A stretch of DNA of 64,000 bases from Alphaproteobacteria bacterium (lineage in GTDB: Bacteria; Pseudomonadota; Alphaproteobacteria; UBA828), in NCBI GenBank assembly GCA_965220745.1, contig CBDCQT010000010.1, positions 352,001 through 416,000 on the forward strand, written 5' to 3'. Of this stretch, positions 28,332 through 38,463 are shown piece after piece. Within the stretch, counting starts at the first letter, position 1. The number at the start of each line of letters is the position of its first letter. A program made the position numbers and the translations under genes. The notes under the pieces are model-generated. The model saw nothing but the letters and a program-made list of their open reading frames with translations, was not told the DNA's origin and searched no databases.

Positions 28332-29315
28332 ATGAAACGATTCATCGTCGCCGCACTTGCGGCGATCGGGATTGCCGCGGGCGGCATGGCTCAGGCCGAG
28401 GACTTCACGCCGGCCGTCGTCTTCGACATGGGCGGCAAGTTCGACAAGTCCTTCAACGAAGCTGCCTTCAACGGCGCCGAGAAGTTTACGGCGGACACCG
28501 GCATCCAGTATCGCGACTTCGAGGTAACCAACCCTTCCATGCGCGAGCAGGCGCTCCGCAACATGGCGCGACGCGGCGCGCAGGTGGTGGTGGCGATGGG
28601 CTTCGCCCAGGCGGCAGCGGTCGAGACAGTGGCGCAGGAGTTCCCCGAGACCAAGTTCACCCTGATCGACATGGTGGTGGACCTGCCCAACGTTCAGTCC
28701 GTGATCTTCAAGGAGCACGAGGGCTCGTTCCTGGTCGGCATGGCAGCCGCGATGGCATCGCAAACCGGCAAGGTCGGCTTCGTCGGCGGCATGGACATCC
28801 CGCTGATCCGCAAGTTCGCGCTCGGCTACGTGGAGGGCGCGCAGCACGTCAATCCGGACATCGAGATCTTCCAGAACATGACCGGCACGACGCCGTCTGC
28901 CTGGAACGACCCGACCAAGGGGGGCGAGCTCGCGCGCAGCCAGTTCGACCGGGGCGCGGACGTGGTCTACGCCGCCGCCGGCGGCACCGGCATCGGCGTC
29001 TACCAGGCCGCGAAAGACGCCGGCAAGCTCGCCATCGGTGTGGACAGCAACCAGAACTACATCCACCCCGGCACGATGCTGACCTCGATGGTCAAGCGCG
29101 TGGACGTGGCGGTCTACGAGTCCTTCAAGGCTGCCAAGGAAGGCACCTGGCAAGGCGGCATCCAGATCCTCGGGCTGGCGGAGGACGGCGTCGGCTGGGC
29201 ACTGGACGAGCACAACCGCAGCCTCGTCTCGGCCGAGATGGAAGCGGCGATCGAGCAGGCGCGCACGGACATCATCGCCGGCAACATCGCGGTGACCGAC
29301 TACATGGCGCAGTAG
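28332..29315 (+). CDS. BMP-family (nucleoside) ABC substrate-binding protein
   Basis: Signal peptide, GGKFDKSFNE, FKEHEGSFLVG, IGVDSNQ, SMVKRVD. Confidence 0.9.
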   Translation: MKRFIVAALAAIGIAAGGMAQAEDFTPAVVFDMGGKFDKSFNEAAFNGAEKFTADTGIQYRDFEVTNPSMREQALRNMARRGAQVVVAMGFAQAAAVETVAQEFPETKFTLIDMVVDLPNVQSVIFKEHEGSFLVGMAAAMASQTGKVGFVGGMDIPLIRKFALGYVEGAQHVNPDIEIFQNMTGTTPSAWNDPTKGGELARSQFDRGADVVYAAAGGTGIGVYQAAKDAGKLAIGVDSNQNYIHPGTMLTSMVKRVDVAVYESFKAAKEGTWQGGIQILGLAEDGVGWALDEHNRSLVSAEMEAAIEQARTDIIAGNIAVTDYMAQ

Positions 29316-29358
29316 CGCGCGGGCGCCGGCGCCCGCCGGCTGCCGAGGCGTAAGCCCA

Positions 29359-30960
29359 GTGGCGGAGGAGGAACACCGAGGGGCTGCTGCAGAGCGCGGC
29401 CCCTCGGGCGGGCCGGGTGTGCCCGCGCTGGAGGTCGTCGGCATCCAGAAGTGGTTCGGCTCGGTGCACGCGAACGACGACGTGTCGGTCGCCGTCGCAC
29501 CCGGCACGATCCACGGCATCGTCGGCGAGAACGGCGCCGGCAAGTCGACCCTGATGAGCATCGTCTACGGCTACTACCAGGCCGACGGCGGCGAGATCAG
29601 GGTGGGCGGCACGCCGGTCACCATCAGGGGGCCGGAGGACGCCATCGGCCACGGCGTCGGCATGGTCCACCAGCACTTCATGCTCGTGGACACCTTCACC
29701 GTGCTGGAGAACGTGGTGCTCGGCGTGGAGAAGGGCTACCTGCTGCGCTCGACCCTGAGCGAGGCCCGGCAGGAGCTGGAGCGGCTGGAGCGTGAGTACG
29801 GGCTCGATGTCGACCCCGACGCCATCGTCGGCTCGCTGCCCGTGGGGCTGCAGCAGCGGGTGGAGATCCTGAAGGCGCTCTATCGCGGCGCCGATATTCT
29901 GATTCTCGACGAGCCGACGGGCGTGCTCACGCCGCAGGAGGTGGACGACCTCTTCCGCATCCTCTGCGCGCTTAGGGATCAGGGCCGGACCATCGTCCTG
30001 ATCACCCACAAGCTGCGCGAGATCATGGCGCTCACCGATCGCGTTACGGTGATGCGCGCCGGCCGCGTGGTCGATCATGTGGCGACCGCCGAGACCGACC
30101 GCGCCCAGCTCGCCGCGATGATGGTGGGCCGCAGCGTGCTGCTCCGCGTGGACAAGGAGGAAGCAGCGCCGGGCGAGGCGTTGCTGCGGGTCGAGAGCCT
30201 GGCGGTGCGCGACCGCAGCGGCGTGCTGCGCGTGCACGACGTGAGCTTCACCGTGCACGCCGGCGAGATCGTCGGCATCGCGGGCGTCGCCGGCAACGGC
30301 CAGTCGGAGCTGCTGGAGGCGCTCGCCGGCACCCTCGCCAGCGAGCAGGGCACCATCGCCATCGGGGGCGCGCCCGTGCCCGCCGGCGGACGGGCGGAGG
30401 CGGCGCGAGCCATGCGCCGGCGCGGGCTGGGCCACGTGCCTGAGGACCGTCAGCGCATGGGGCTGGTGACGGCCTTCGATGCCTCCGAAAGCGGCATCCT
30501 GGGTCATCATCGCGAGCGACACTACAACCGCGGCGCGCTGATGAGCCGGGTCGCGGTGGTCGACGACGTGGGAAGCACGATGGCGGACTTCGACGTCCGC
30601 CCGCCCCTGCCGACGCTGCGCACGGCCAACTTCTCCGGCGGCAACCAGCAGAAGATCGTGGTGGGCCGCGAGATGAGCCGCAGCCCGGACGTGCTGCTGG
30701 TGGGCCAGCCGACCCGTGGCGTCGATATCGGCGCCATCGAGTTCATCCACCGCAAGCTCGTGGCGATGCGCGACGAGGGCAAGGCGATCCTGCTGGTCTC
30801 GGTCGAGCTCGACGAGATCATGTCGCTCGCCGACCGCATCCTGGTGATGTTCGGCGGCGCGATCGTCGGCGAGGTTTCGCAAGAGGAGGCGGACGAGCGC
30901 ACGCTCGGCCTGATGATGGCGGGCGAGCGCGCAGACGGTGCGGAGGCCGCCGGGGTGTGA
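29359..30960 (+). CDS. Sugar/nucleoside ABC ATPase (two NBDs)
   Basis: GENGAGKST, QQRVEILKAL, LDEPT, FSGGNQQK, QPTRGVD. Confidence 0.9.
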   Translation: MAEEEHRGAAAERGPSGGPGVPALEVVGIQKWFGSVHANDDVSVAVAPGTIHGIVGENGAGKSTLMSIVYGYYQADGGEIRVGGTPVTIRGPEDAIGHGVGMVHQHFMLVDTFTVLENVVLGVEKGYLLRSTLSEARQELERLEREYGLDVDPDAIVGSLPVGLQQRVEILKALYRGADILILDEPTGVLTPQEVDDLFRILCALRDQGRTIVLITHKLREIMALTDRVTVMRAGRVVDHVATAETDRAQLAAMMVGRSVLLRVDKEEAAPGEALLRVESLAVRDRSGVLRVHDVSFTVHAGEIVGIAGVAGNGQSELLEALAGTLASEQGTIAIGGAPVPAGGRAEAARAMRRRGLGHVPEDRQRMGLVTAFDASESGILGHHRERHYNRGALMSRVAVVDDVGSTMADFDVRPPLPTLRTANFSGGNQQKIVVGREMSRSPDVLLVGQPTRGVDIGAIEFIHRKLVAMRDEGKAILLVSVELDEIMSLADRILVMFGGAIVGEVSQEEADERTLGLMMAGERADGAEAAGV

Positions 30961-32072
30961 AGGGCTTCGGCGGCCCGACCCAGGCGCCGACCTGGGTCAC
31001 CCACGGGCTGGTCCCGCTCATCAACCTGGGGCTCGCGCTCGTCATCGCCGGCATCATCATCGCGCTGATCGGCGAGAACCCGTTCGAGGCGCTGAGGCTG
31101 CTGGTCCTGGGCGCGGTCGGCTACCCGGAAGCGATCGGCTACACCCTCTACTACACCACCAACTTCGTCTTCACCGGGCTCGCCGTCGCCATCGCCTTCC
31201 ACTGCGGCCTCTTCAACATCGGCGGCGAGGGGCAGGCCTATCTCGGCGGGCTCGGCGCGGGCCTGATCGGGCTCTACCTGGGCCACTGGCCGGCGCCCGT
31301 CGTGATTCCGCTGGCGATCGCCTGCGCCATGGCCTTCGGTGCCTTCTGGGCCTTCATCCCCGGCTGGCTGCAGGCGAAGCGCGGCAGCCACATCGTCATC
31401 ACGACGATCATGTTCAACTTTCTGGCCGCGGCGCTGATGACCTACCTGCTGGTCGAGATCTTCATCAAGCCGGGGCAGCAGGCGGCCGAAAGCCGCACCT
31501 TCGAGGCGGGCGCCTGGCTCCCCTTCGTCCACGACGTGTTCGCGGCCTTCGGCGCGAATATCGGCCGCTCGTCCCTCAACCTGAGCATCGTGATTGCCGG
31601 GGTCTGCCTCGTGCTGTTCTGGTTCTTCGTCTGGCGCACGCGCTGGGGCTATGAGATTCGCGCCGTCGGGCACAACGAGTCGGCGGCGGTCTACGGCGGC
31701 ATCGCACCGGACCGCGCGATCATGCTGGCGATGGCGATCTCGGGCGGGCTCGCGGGCCTCGTGGGCGTCAACGAGATCATCGGCGTCCACCACCGGCTGC
31801 TGCTGGAGTTCACGGCGGGCTACGGCTTCGTCGGTATCGCGGTCGCGCTGATGGGCCGCAACCACCCGGTGGGCATCCTGCTCGCGGCCCTGCTTTTCGG
31901 CATTCTCTACCAGGGCGGCTCCGAGCTCGCCTTCGACATGCCCAACGTGACCCGCGACATGGTGGTGGTGCTGCAGGGGCTGGTCATCCTGTTCTCGGGC
32001 GCGCTGGAGCACATGTTCCGCGGCCGGATCGAGCGCCTGTTCGCGCGCCGCGCGCGGGCGGTGGCGGCATAG
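30957..32072 (+). CDS. Nucleoside ABC permease
   Basis: LFNIGGEGQ, ITTIMFN, GYEIRAVG, AVALMGRNHP. Confidence 0.9.
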   Translation: MKGFGGPTQAPTWVTHGLVPLINLGLALVIAGIIIALIGENPFEALRLLVLGAVGYPEAIGYTLYYTTNFVFTGLAVAIAFHCGLFNIGGEGQAYLGGLGAGLIGLYLGHWPAPVVIPLAIACAMAFGAFWAFIPGWLQAKRGSHIVITTIMFNFLAAALMTYLLVEIFIKPGQQAAESRTFEAGAWLPFVHDVFAAFGANIGRSSLNLSIVIAGVCLVLFWFFVWRTRWGYEIRAVGHNESAAVYGGIAPDRAIMLAMAISGGLAGLVGVNEIIGVHHRLLLEFTAGYGFVGIAVALMGRNHPVGILLAALLFGILYQGGSELAFDMPNVTRDMVVVLQGLVILFSGALEHMFRGRIERLFARRARAVAA

Positions 32073-32074
32073 CC

Positions 32075-33046
32075 ATGGAGGCGATCACCTGGATCGTCCT
32101 CGTCATCGACGCGACGCTGCGCGTCTCGACGCCGCTCATCCTCGCCGCCTTCGCCGGAATGTTCGCAGAGCGCTCGGGCGTGGTCGATATCGGACTCGAA
32201 GGCAAGATGCTTGGGGCGGCCTTCGCCGCCGCGGCGGCGGCGTTCGCCACCGGCTCTGCGTGGCTCGGCCTGCTCGCCGGCATGGGCGCCTCGGTGGGGC
32301 TCGCGATGATCCACGCCTTCGCCTGCGTCACCCACCGGGGTGATCAGGTGGTCTCGGGTATGGCGCTCAACATCCTGGTGGCGGGGCTAGGGCCGGTGCT
32401 CTCGCTCGCCTGGTTCGGGCAGGGTGGGCACACGCCGATCGTGGCGGACGCGGCGCGCTTCCGTCCGATCCACTTCCCCTTCGCCGACCGGCTGAGCGAC
32501 GTGCCCTTTATCGGCCAGATCTATTCGGAGATCGTGAGCGGCCACAACCTGATCGTCTATATCGCGCTCGGCATGGTCCCGCTCGCGGCGTGGTTCATCT
32601 ATAAGACCCGCTTCGGGCTGAGACTCCGCGCGGTCGGCGAGGCGCCGGAGGCGGTGGACACCGCCGGCATCTCCGTCGCCGGCATGCGCTACCGGGCGAT
32701 GATCGTCTGCGGCATCCTCTGCGGCGTCGCCGGCACGTCGCTCTCGATCGCCCAGAACGCGCTCTTCGTGCGCGACATGAGCGCGGGCATGGGCTACCTC
32801 GCGCTCGCTGCGCTGATCTTCGGCAAGTGGCGCCCGGTGCCGACCCTCTTCGCCTGCTTCCTCTTCGCCTTCGCCGATGCCGTGCAGGCCAGGCTGCAAG
32901 GGGTGGATATCCCCGGCGTCGGCATCATCCCGGTGCAGGCGATCCAGGCGCTCCCCTATCTGCTCACGGTGCTGCTGCTCGCGGGCTTCGTCGGCAAGGC
33001 GGTGCCGCCCAAGGCGAGCGGTGTTCCCTATGTGAAGGAGCGTTGA
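32075..33046 (+). CDS. Nucleoside ABC permease
   Basis: ERSGVVDIGLEG, GLRLRAVGE, ALIFGKWRP, LPY. Confidence 0.9.
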   Translation: MEAITWIVLVIDATLRVSTPLILAAFAGMFAERSGVVDIGLEGKMLGAAFAAAAAAFATGSAWLGLLAGMGASVGLAMIHAFACVTHRGDQVVSGMALNILVAGLGPVLSLAWFGQGGHTPIVADAARFRPIHFPFADRLSDVPFIGQIYSEIVSGHNLIVYIALGMVPLAAWFIYKTRFGLRLRAVGEAPEAVDTAGISVAGMRYRAMIVCGILCGVAGTSLSIAQNALFVRDMSAGMGYLALAALIFGKWRPVPTLFACFLFAFADAVQARLQGVDIPGVGIIPVQAIQALPYLLTVLLLAGFVGKAVPPKASGVPYVKER

Positions 33047-33073
33047 GGAGCGCCGCCGGCGGGACGGCAGCCG

Positions 33074-34471
33074 TCAGTCGCCGGTAAGCAGGCGCTCCAC
33101 CAGCTGGCGCACGGTGGGGATGAAGCGGTTCGAGTAGAAGGGATCGTCCGCAAACCGGAAGGCCGCGTGGCCGGCAAACATGAGCTGGTTGTCGATATCC
33201 TCGCCGTGGATGATCTCCTGCAGCGTCTTCTGGATGCAGTAGCTGCGAGGATCGGTCTTCTTGCCGGTCGAGCCCGTCTCGTTGGTCGCCCAGTTGCTGA
33301 ACCGGCAGGCGCTGAGGCAACCCATACAGGCGGCCTGATCGGCCCTGATCTCGCGCGCCTTCTCGTCCGTGACGAAGATGATCGTGGTCTCAGGGGTCTT
33401 CATCACGGAGGTGAAGCCCTCGTCCATCCACAACTCTGCCCGCTTCAAATCGCCCTTGGTCACATAGAAAGAGCGCCCGCGCGGCCCCGGGGTGAATTTC
33501 TGGTCGTGGTCGCCGATGGGCTCGGCGGTGTAGGCAACCTGCCGCTGCTCGCGCTCGGCAAGCTCGTGGATAAAGTCGTTGCGCACAGCCGAAGAGTAGA
33601 AGCCGGTGGGGCTGAAGCGGTTGAGCTTCACGTCCCCTTCCTGCATGGACAGCAGCTTGCGCTTCCAGCGCTCGGAGATCGGGCTCTCTTCGGTCACCAG
33701 TGGGCGGGTGCCAAACTGGAAGACGACGGGACCGAGCTCAGGGTTGTCGAGCCAATCCTCCCAGTCGCGCAGGTACCAGACGCCGCCTGCCATCACGATC
33801 GGCACGTCGTCGAGGCCGTACTCACGCATCTGCTGGCGCAGCGCCACCACCCGAGGATAGGCGGGCTCGGGCTGTTCGGGATCCTCGCTGTTGGAGAGGC
33901 CATTGTGACCGCCGGCGCGCCAGGGGTCCTCGTAGACCACGCCGCCCATCCAGTCCGAGAAGCGATGGTAGGCGCGCCTCCAGAGCGCGCGGAACGCCCG
34001 CGCCGACGAGATGATCGGGTAGTACTGGACATCGTACTGCGCAGCTACCTCGGCCAAGCGGTATGGCATGCCGGCGCCGCAGGTCACGCCGTGAATGATG
34101 CCGCGCGTGGCCTCGAGAATGCCGTGGAGGATGCGCTCGGCGGCGGCCATCTCCCACAGCACGTTCATGTGGAGCCGGCCGTCGCCGCCGGAGACGTCGT
34201 GGGCGATGCGCGCCTGGGCGATGCCGCCCCTGATCGCGTAATCGACCAGCTCCTCGTGCCGTTCCTTGCGAGTGCGACCGCGATAGGTCTGCGGAATCGC
34301 CCGGCCGTGCTCGTCGTAGTAGTCGGCATTGACGCCGGAGAAGGTGCCGACGCCGCCGGCGGCGGCCCAGGCGCCGGAGCTCAGGCCGTTGGTCACGCCG
34401 ATACCCTTGCCGCCCTCGATCAAGGGCAGGACATCGCGCCCCGACAACCTGATTGCGTTCAACGCCTTCAT
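33074..34471 (-). CDS. Nitronate monooxygenase-like NAD(P)H flavin oxidoreductase
   Basis: EGGKG, GAGMP, AGGHNG, MAGG, QFGTR; commonly next to pnp in Alphaproteobacteria. Confidence 0.8.
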   Translation of the reverse strand: MKALNAIRLSGRDVLPLIEGGKGIGVTNGLSSGAWAAAGGVGTFSGVNADYYDEHGRAIPQTYRGRTRKERHEELVDYAIRGGIAQARIAHDVSGGDGRLHMNVLWEMAAAERILHGILEATRGIIHGVTCGAGMPYRLAEVAAQYDVQYYPIISSARAFRALWRRAYHRFSDWMGGVVYEDPWRAGGHNGLSNSEDPEQPEPAYPRVVALRQQMREYGLDDVPIVMAGGVWYLRDWEDWLDNPELGPVVFQFGTRPLVTEESPISERWKRKLLSMQEGDVKLNRFSPTGFYSSAVRNDFIHELAEREQRQVAYTAEPIGDHDQKFTPGPRGRSFYVTKGDLKRAELWMDEGFTSVMKTPETTIIFVTDEKAREIRADQAACMGCLSACRFSNWATNETGSTGKKTDPRSYCIQKTLQEIIHGEDIDNQLMFAGHAAFRFADDPFYSNRFIPTVRQLVERLLTGD

Positions 34472-34610
34472 GGTCGGTCCATCCGCCGTTGCGCCTGGCT
34501 CGATCCGCTCGCTGCAGCAGCGCAGGGCAGCGAGCTGGCGCCGCCGCTACACCGCGATGTGGGCGGCAGCGGCGGCGTTTGCAAGGTGTCGCTTCTCCTG
34601 GCGGCTTTCC

Positions 34611-36737
34611 CTACCCGGCCTGTGCCGTCTCCTCCGCCGCGCTCAGGTCCTCTCCGCTCTCCTGGTTCACGGCCCTCATGCTCAGCTTGACCTTACCGCG
34701 ATCGTCGATACCGAGCACCTTCACTTTGACGTTATCGCCTTCGCTCAGCACGTCGCTCACGCTCTTGATCCGGCGTGGCGCGATCTCGCTGATGTGCACG
34801 AGGCCGTCGCGCTTGCCGATGAAGTTCACGAAGGCGCCGAAGTCGACGATCTTGACCACCTTGCCGTCGTAGATCACGCCGACCTCGGGCTCGGCCACGA
34901 TATCGCGGATCATGTTGATCGCGGCCTTCGCCGCCTCGCCCTCGACCGCCGCCACCTTGATGGTGCCATCGTCCTCGATGTCGATCTTGGTCCCGGTGGT
35001 CTCGCAAATCTCGCGGATGACCTTGCCGCCGGGCCCGATGACCTCGCGGATGCGGTCCTTCGGGATCGAGAAGGTGGTGATGCGGGGCGCATTGTCGCTC
35101 ACACTGTCGCGTGCGTGCGCGAGCGCCTTCGCCATCTCGCCGAGGATGTGCAGCCGGCCGTCGCGCGCCTGGGCGAGCGCGGTGCGCATGATCTCCTCGG
35201 TGATGCTGGTGATCTTGATGTCCATCTGCAGCGAGGTGATGCCCTGCTCCGTGCCGGCCACCTTGAAGTCCATGTCGCCGAGATGGTCCTCGTCGCCGAG
35301 GATGTCGGAGAGCACCGCGAAGCGGTCCTCGTCCTTGATCAGCCCCATGGCGATGCCGGCGACCGGCCGGGCGAGCGGAACGCCCGCATCCATCAGCGAG
35401 AGCGAGGCCCCGCACACCGTCGCCATCGACGACGAGCCGTTGGACTCCGTGATCTCCGAGACCACGCGGATGGTGTAGGGGAACGCCTCGGCGTCGGGCA
35501 GGAGCGGATGGACCGCCCGCCAGGCGAGCTTGCCGTGGCCGATCTCGCGCCGGCCGGGGCCGCGCAGGAAGCGCGCCTCGCCCACCGAATAGGGCGGGAA
35601 GTTGTAGTGCAGCATGAAGCGCTCGCGGTACTCGCCCTCGAGCATGTCCATGATCTGCTCGTCCTGGCCGGTGCCGAGGGTCGCCGTGGCGAGCGCCTGG
35701 GTCTCGCCGCGCGTGAAGAGCGCCGAGCCGTGGCTGCGAGGCAGCACACCCACTTCGCACTCGATGGTGCGAACGTCGCTGGTGGTGCGGCCGTCGATGC
35801 GCACGCCACTGTCGAGGATCTGGCCGCGCACGATTTCCTTCTCGAGCGAACTCAGCGTGCCGTCGAGGATGCCGGCAGCGCCGTCGTCCTCGCGGAACTG
35901 CGCCGCAGTCTCGGACTTCGCGGCCGCCACCTTGTCCTGCCGCTCGGTCTTGCCGGCGACCGAATAGGCCGTGCGCAGCGAGGCCTCGGCGCTCGCGCGA
36001 ATCCGCTCGACGAGAGCCGTATCCACCTCTTCCTCGGGCAGCTCCCAGGGCTCCTTCGCGCAGGCCTCGGCAAGGCTGATGATGGCCTCGATCACCGGCT
36101 TGACCGCCTCGTGACCGAAGGTCACCGCACCCAGCATCTGGTCCTCGGAGAGCTCGGATGCCTCCGATTCGACCATGAGCACACCCTCCTGGGTGCCGGC
36201 CATGACCAGATCGAGGTCGGAGGCCGCGCGCTGCTCGTAGGTCGGGTTCAACACATAGGCGCCGTCCGCGAAGCCGACCCGGCAACCCCCGATCGGCCCC
36301 ATGAAGGGCAGACCTGAGATGGTGAGCGCAGCCGAGGCACCGACCATGGCGACGATGTCGGAATCGTTGACCAGGTCGTGCGAGAGCACCGTGCAGATGA
36401 CCTGGGTTTCGTTACGAAACGACTTGACGAAGAGGGGCCGGAGAGGCCGGTCGATGAGACGCGAAACCAGAGTTTCCTTCTCGCTGGGGCGCCCTTCGCG
36501 CTTGAAAAAGCCGCCCGGAATCTTGCCAGCGGCGAAAGCCTTCTCCTCATAGTTGACTGTCAGTGGGAAGAAATCCTGGCCCTCCCGCGCGGTACGTTGG
36601 CCGACGACGGTGCAGAGCACCGCGGTTTCGCCGTAGCTCGCGAGGACGGCGCCATCCGCCTGGCGGGCGATGCGCCCGGTTTCGAGGACGAGCTTGCGCT
36701 CGCCCCACATGACCTCACGACGTGTGATATCGAACAT
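34611..36737 (-). CDS. pnp: Polyribonucleotide nucleotidyltransferase (PNPase)
   Basis: [42 protein letters not shown] and S1 domains. Confidence 0.97.
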   Translation of the reverse strand: MFDITRREVMWGERKLVLETGRIARQADGAVLASYGETAVLCTVVGQRTAREGQDFFPLTVNYEEKAFAAGKIPGGFFKREGRPSEKETLVSRLIDRPLRPLFVKSFRNETQVICTVLSHDLVNDSDIVAMVGASAALTISGLPFMGPIGGCRVGFADGAYVLNPTYEQRAASDLDLVMAGTQEGVLMVESEASELSEDQMLGAVTFGHEAVKPVIEAIISLAEACAKEPWELPEEEVDTALVERIRASAEASLRTAYSVAGKTERQDKVAAAKSETAAQFREDDGAAGILDGTLSSLEKEIVRGQILDSGVRIDGRTTSDVRTIECEVGVLPRSHGSALFTRGETQALATATLGTGQDEQIMDMLEGEYRERFMLHYNFPPYSVGEARFLRGPGRREIGHGKLAWRAVHPLLPDAEAFPYTIRVVSEITESNGSSSMATVCGASLSLMDAGVPLARPVAGIAMGLIKDEDRFAVLSDILGDEDHLGDMDFKVAGTEQGITSLQMDIKITSITEEIMRTALAQARDGRLHILGEMAKALAHARDSVSDNAPRITTFSIPKDRIREVIGPGGKVIREICETTGTKIDIEDDGTIKVAAVEGEAAKAAINMIRDIVAEPEVGVIYDGKVVKIVDFGAFVNFIGKRDGLVHISEIAPRRIKSVSDVLSEGDNVKVKVLGIDDRGKVKLSMRAVNQESGEDLSAAEETAQAG

Positions 36738-36883
36738 ATTGTTTCCTTCGTTCCGGTGGCGAGCCGCCCATTCGGCTCGCCCCTACACAGGTGCAACGTC
36801 GGCGGCGGCGGCCCATGCCGCGCCTCCCGACGTGCCCTCTTGACCCGCGTGCCGCATCCCGGCGGATCACGCGACTGCCAATG

Positions 36884-37153
36884 CTATTTGCGCAAACCCA
36901 ACCGCTGAATCACGGTGGAATAGCGCTCCTGATCGTTGCGCTTGAGATAGTCGAGCAGGCGGCGCCTGCGGCTGACCATCTTCAGGAGGCCCTGCCTCGA
37001 ATGGAGGTCCTTCTTGTGGCTCCGAAAATGCTCGGTCAGGTTGTTGATCCGCTCAGTCAGGATCGCGACCTGTACCTCCGGCGAGCCGGTATCGTTGGTC
37101 TTGGTTGCGTACTCCGATATCAGCTCGGTCTTCCGCGCCGCGGTGATCGACAT
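36884..37153 (-). CDS. rpsO: 30S ribosomal protein S15
   Basis: [33 protein letters not shown]; 89 aa from ATG 37153. Confidence 0.97.
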   Translation of the reverse strand: MSITAARKTELISEYATKTNDTGSPEVQVAILTERINNLTEHFRSHKKDLHSRQGLLKMVSRRRRLLDYLKRNDQERYSTVIQRLGLRK

Positions 37154-37169
37154 CTGGCTACTCCGCTTG

Positions 37170-38066
37170 TCACATGTTGAAGACCCGCAACGGGCGGGCC
37201 CGGCCCGCGCCGACTTCGGCCAGCGCCACAAGCCGGGACCCGGCAACGGCGCGGACCCTTCCGGGTGCGGCACCGGGCGCGGGCACTGGCTGGCCGTGGC
37301 GCAGGCGATCCGCCTCGCACGCGGTCAGAAGCAGAGCCGGGATGTCGGCCAGCACTGCATCGACCGGTCGCAGGCTTTCGGCGAGGGCCAGACTATGCCC
37401 GAGCGCGACCAGTTTATCCAGCGGATTCGCATCCTCGTCGGTGAACGGCCCGACCGCGGCGCGGTGGAGCCAGCTGACGTAACCGACCGTCCCCGTCGCG
37501 CGGGCGATGTCGCGGGCCAGCGCCCTCACGTAAGTGCCCTTGCCGCACTCGACCGCGAAGGTGGCGCCGTCGTTATCGGCCTCGATCAGCGTCAGGCTCT
37601 CGATGTGGACCGTACGCGGCGCGAGCTCCGGCGGCCTGCCCTGGCGCGCGAGCGCATAGGCACGCTCGCCGCCGACCTTGAGGGCCGAGAACGCGGGCGG
37701 CACCTGCTCGATTCGGCCGATGAAGGCCGGCAATGCGTTCTCGATAACCTCCGTGGGCGGGCGGTGCGCGCTTGTCTCGATCACCGTGCCCTCGGCATCG
37801 TCCGTATCGCGCTGCTCGCCCCAGCGCACGCCGAAGCGGTAGCGTTTTGGCGCATCCATCATGAAGGAGACCGTCTTGGTGGCCTCGCCGATCGCCACCG
37901 GCAGCACGCCAGTCGCCATCGGGTCGAGCGTGCCAGCGTGGCCCACCTTCGCCCCGCGGCCAATCAGGGACTTGATGCGGGAGACGGCTGCCGCAGAGGT
38001 GATCCCGTGCGGCTTGTCCACCACCAACCAGCCGTGAGGGCCGCGCGTGGGCGTGCCGTCAGTCAT
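37170..38066 (-). CDS. truB: tRNA pseudouridine(55) synthase
   Basis: [34 protein letters not shown]. Confidence 0.95.
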   Translation of the reverse strand: MTDGTPTRGPHGWLVVDKPHGITSAAAVSRIKSLIGRGAKVGHAGTLDPMATGVLPVAIGEATKTVSFMMDAPKRYRFGVRWGEQRDTDDAEGTVIETSAHRPPTEVIENALPAFIGRIEQVPPAFSALKVGGERAYALARQGRPPELAPRTVHIESLTLIEADNDGATFAVECGKGTYVRALARDIARATGTVGYVSWLHRAAVGPFTDEDANPLDKLVALGHSLALAESLRPVDAVLADIPALLLTACEADRLRHGQPVPAPGAAPGRVRAVAGSRLVALAEVGAGRARPLRVFNM

Positions 38067-38442
38067 CGGCGCTCTCGTTTGCGCCGAGCAGCCTGTCGAT
38101 GCGTTGCACATGCTCGAAGCTGCGGTCGATCTCGAAGCTGAGCGACGGCGAGAACTTGAGCCGGACCCGGCGGTTCACCTCGCCGCGCAGGTAGCCGGCG
38201 GCGCGCTGCAAGGCGTCGACCGCCTCGCCCACCCGCTCGCCGCCGAGCGGCATCACATAGACCTTGGCGGAGCGCAGATCCGGCGCTGGCCGAACCTCGG
38301 TCACGGTGAAGCGCATCTCGCTCAACACGGGATCGCGGAACTCGCCGCGGGCGAGCGACTCAGACAGCGCTTCCCGAATCAGCTCGCCGACTCGCCGCTG
38401 CCGCTGGCTCGGCTCACCGGCCTTGCCGCTTCTCCTCGTCAT
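38059..38442 (-). CDS. rbfA: 30S ribosome-binding factor
   Basis: [26 protein letters not shown]; position after infB. Confidence 0.95.
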   Translation of the reverse strand: MTRRSGKAGEPSQRQRRVGELIREALSESLARGEFRDPVLSEMRFTVTEVRPAPDLRSAKVYVMPLGGERVGEAVDALQRAAGYLRGEVNRRVRLKFSPSLSFEIDRSFEHVQRIDRLLGANESADD

Positions 38443-38463
38443 CGATCGTTGGACAGGCGCGCC

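Noticed and set aside
34329-36317. 662-aa ORF on the + strand, and many similar Arg/Ala/Gly-rich alternative-frame ORFs across the window
   Set aside because: They overlap confidently assigned genes such as pnp and reflect stop-codon scarcity in GC-rich DNA
36738-36883. Hairpins between rpsO and pnp as a novel ncRNA
   Set aside because: A structured pnp leader (RNase III processing and autoregulation) is expected at this position
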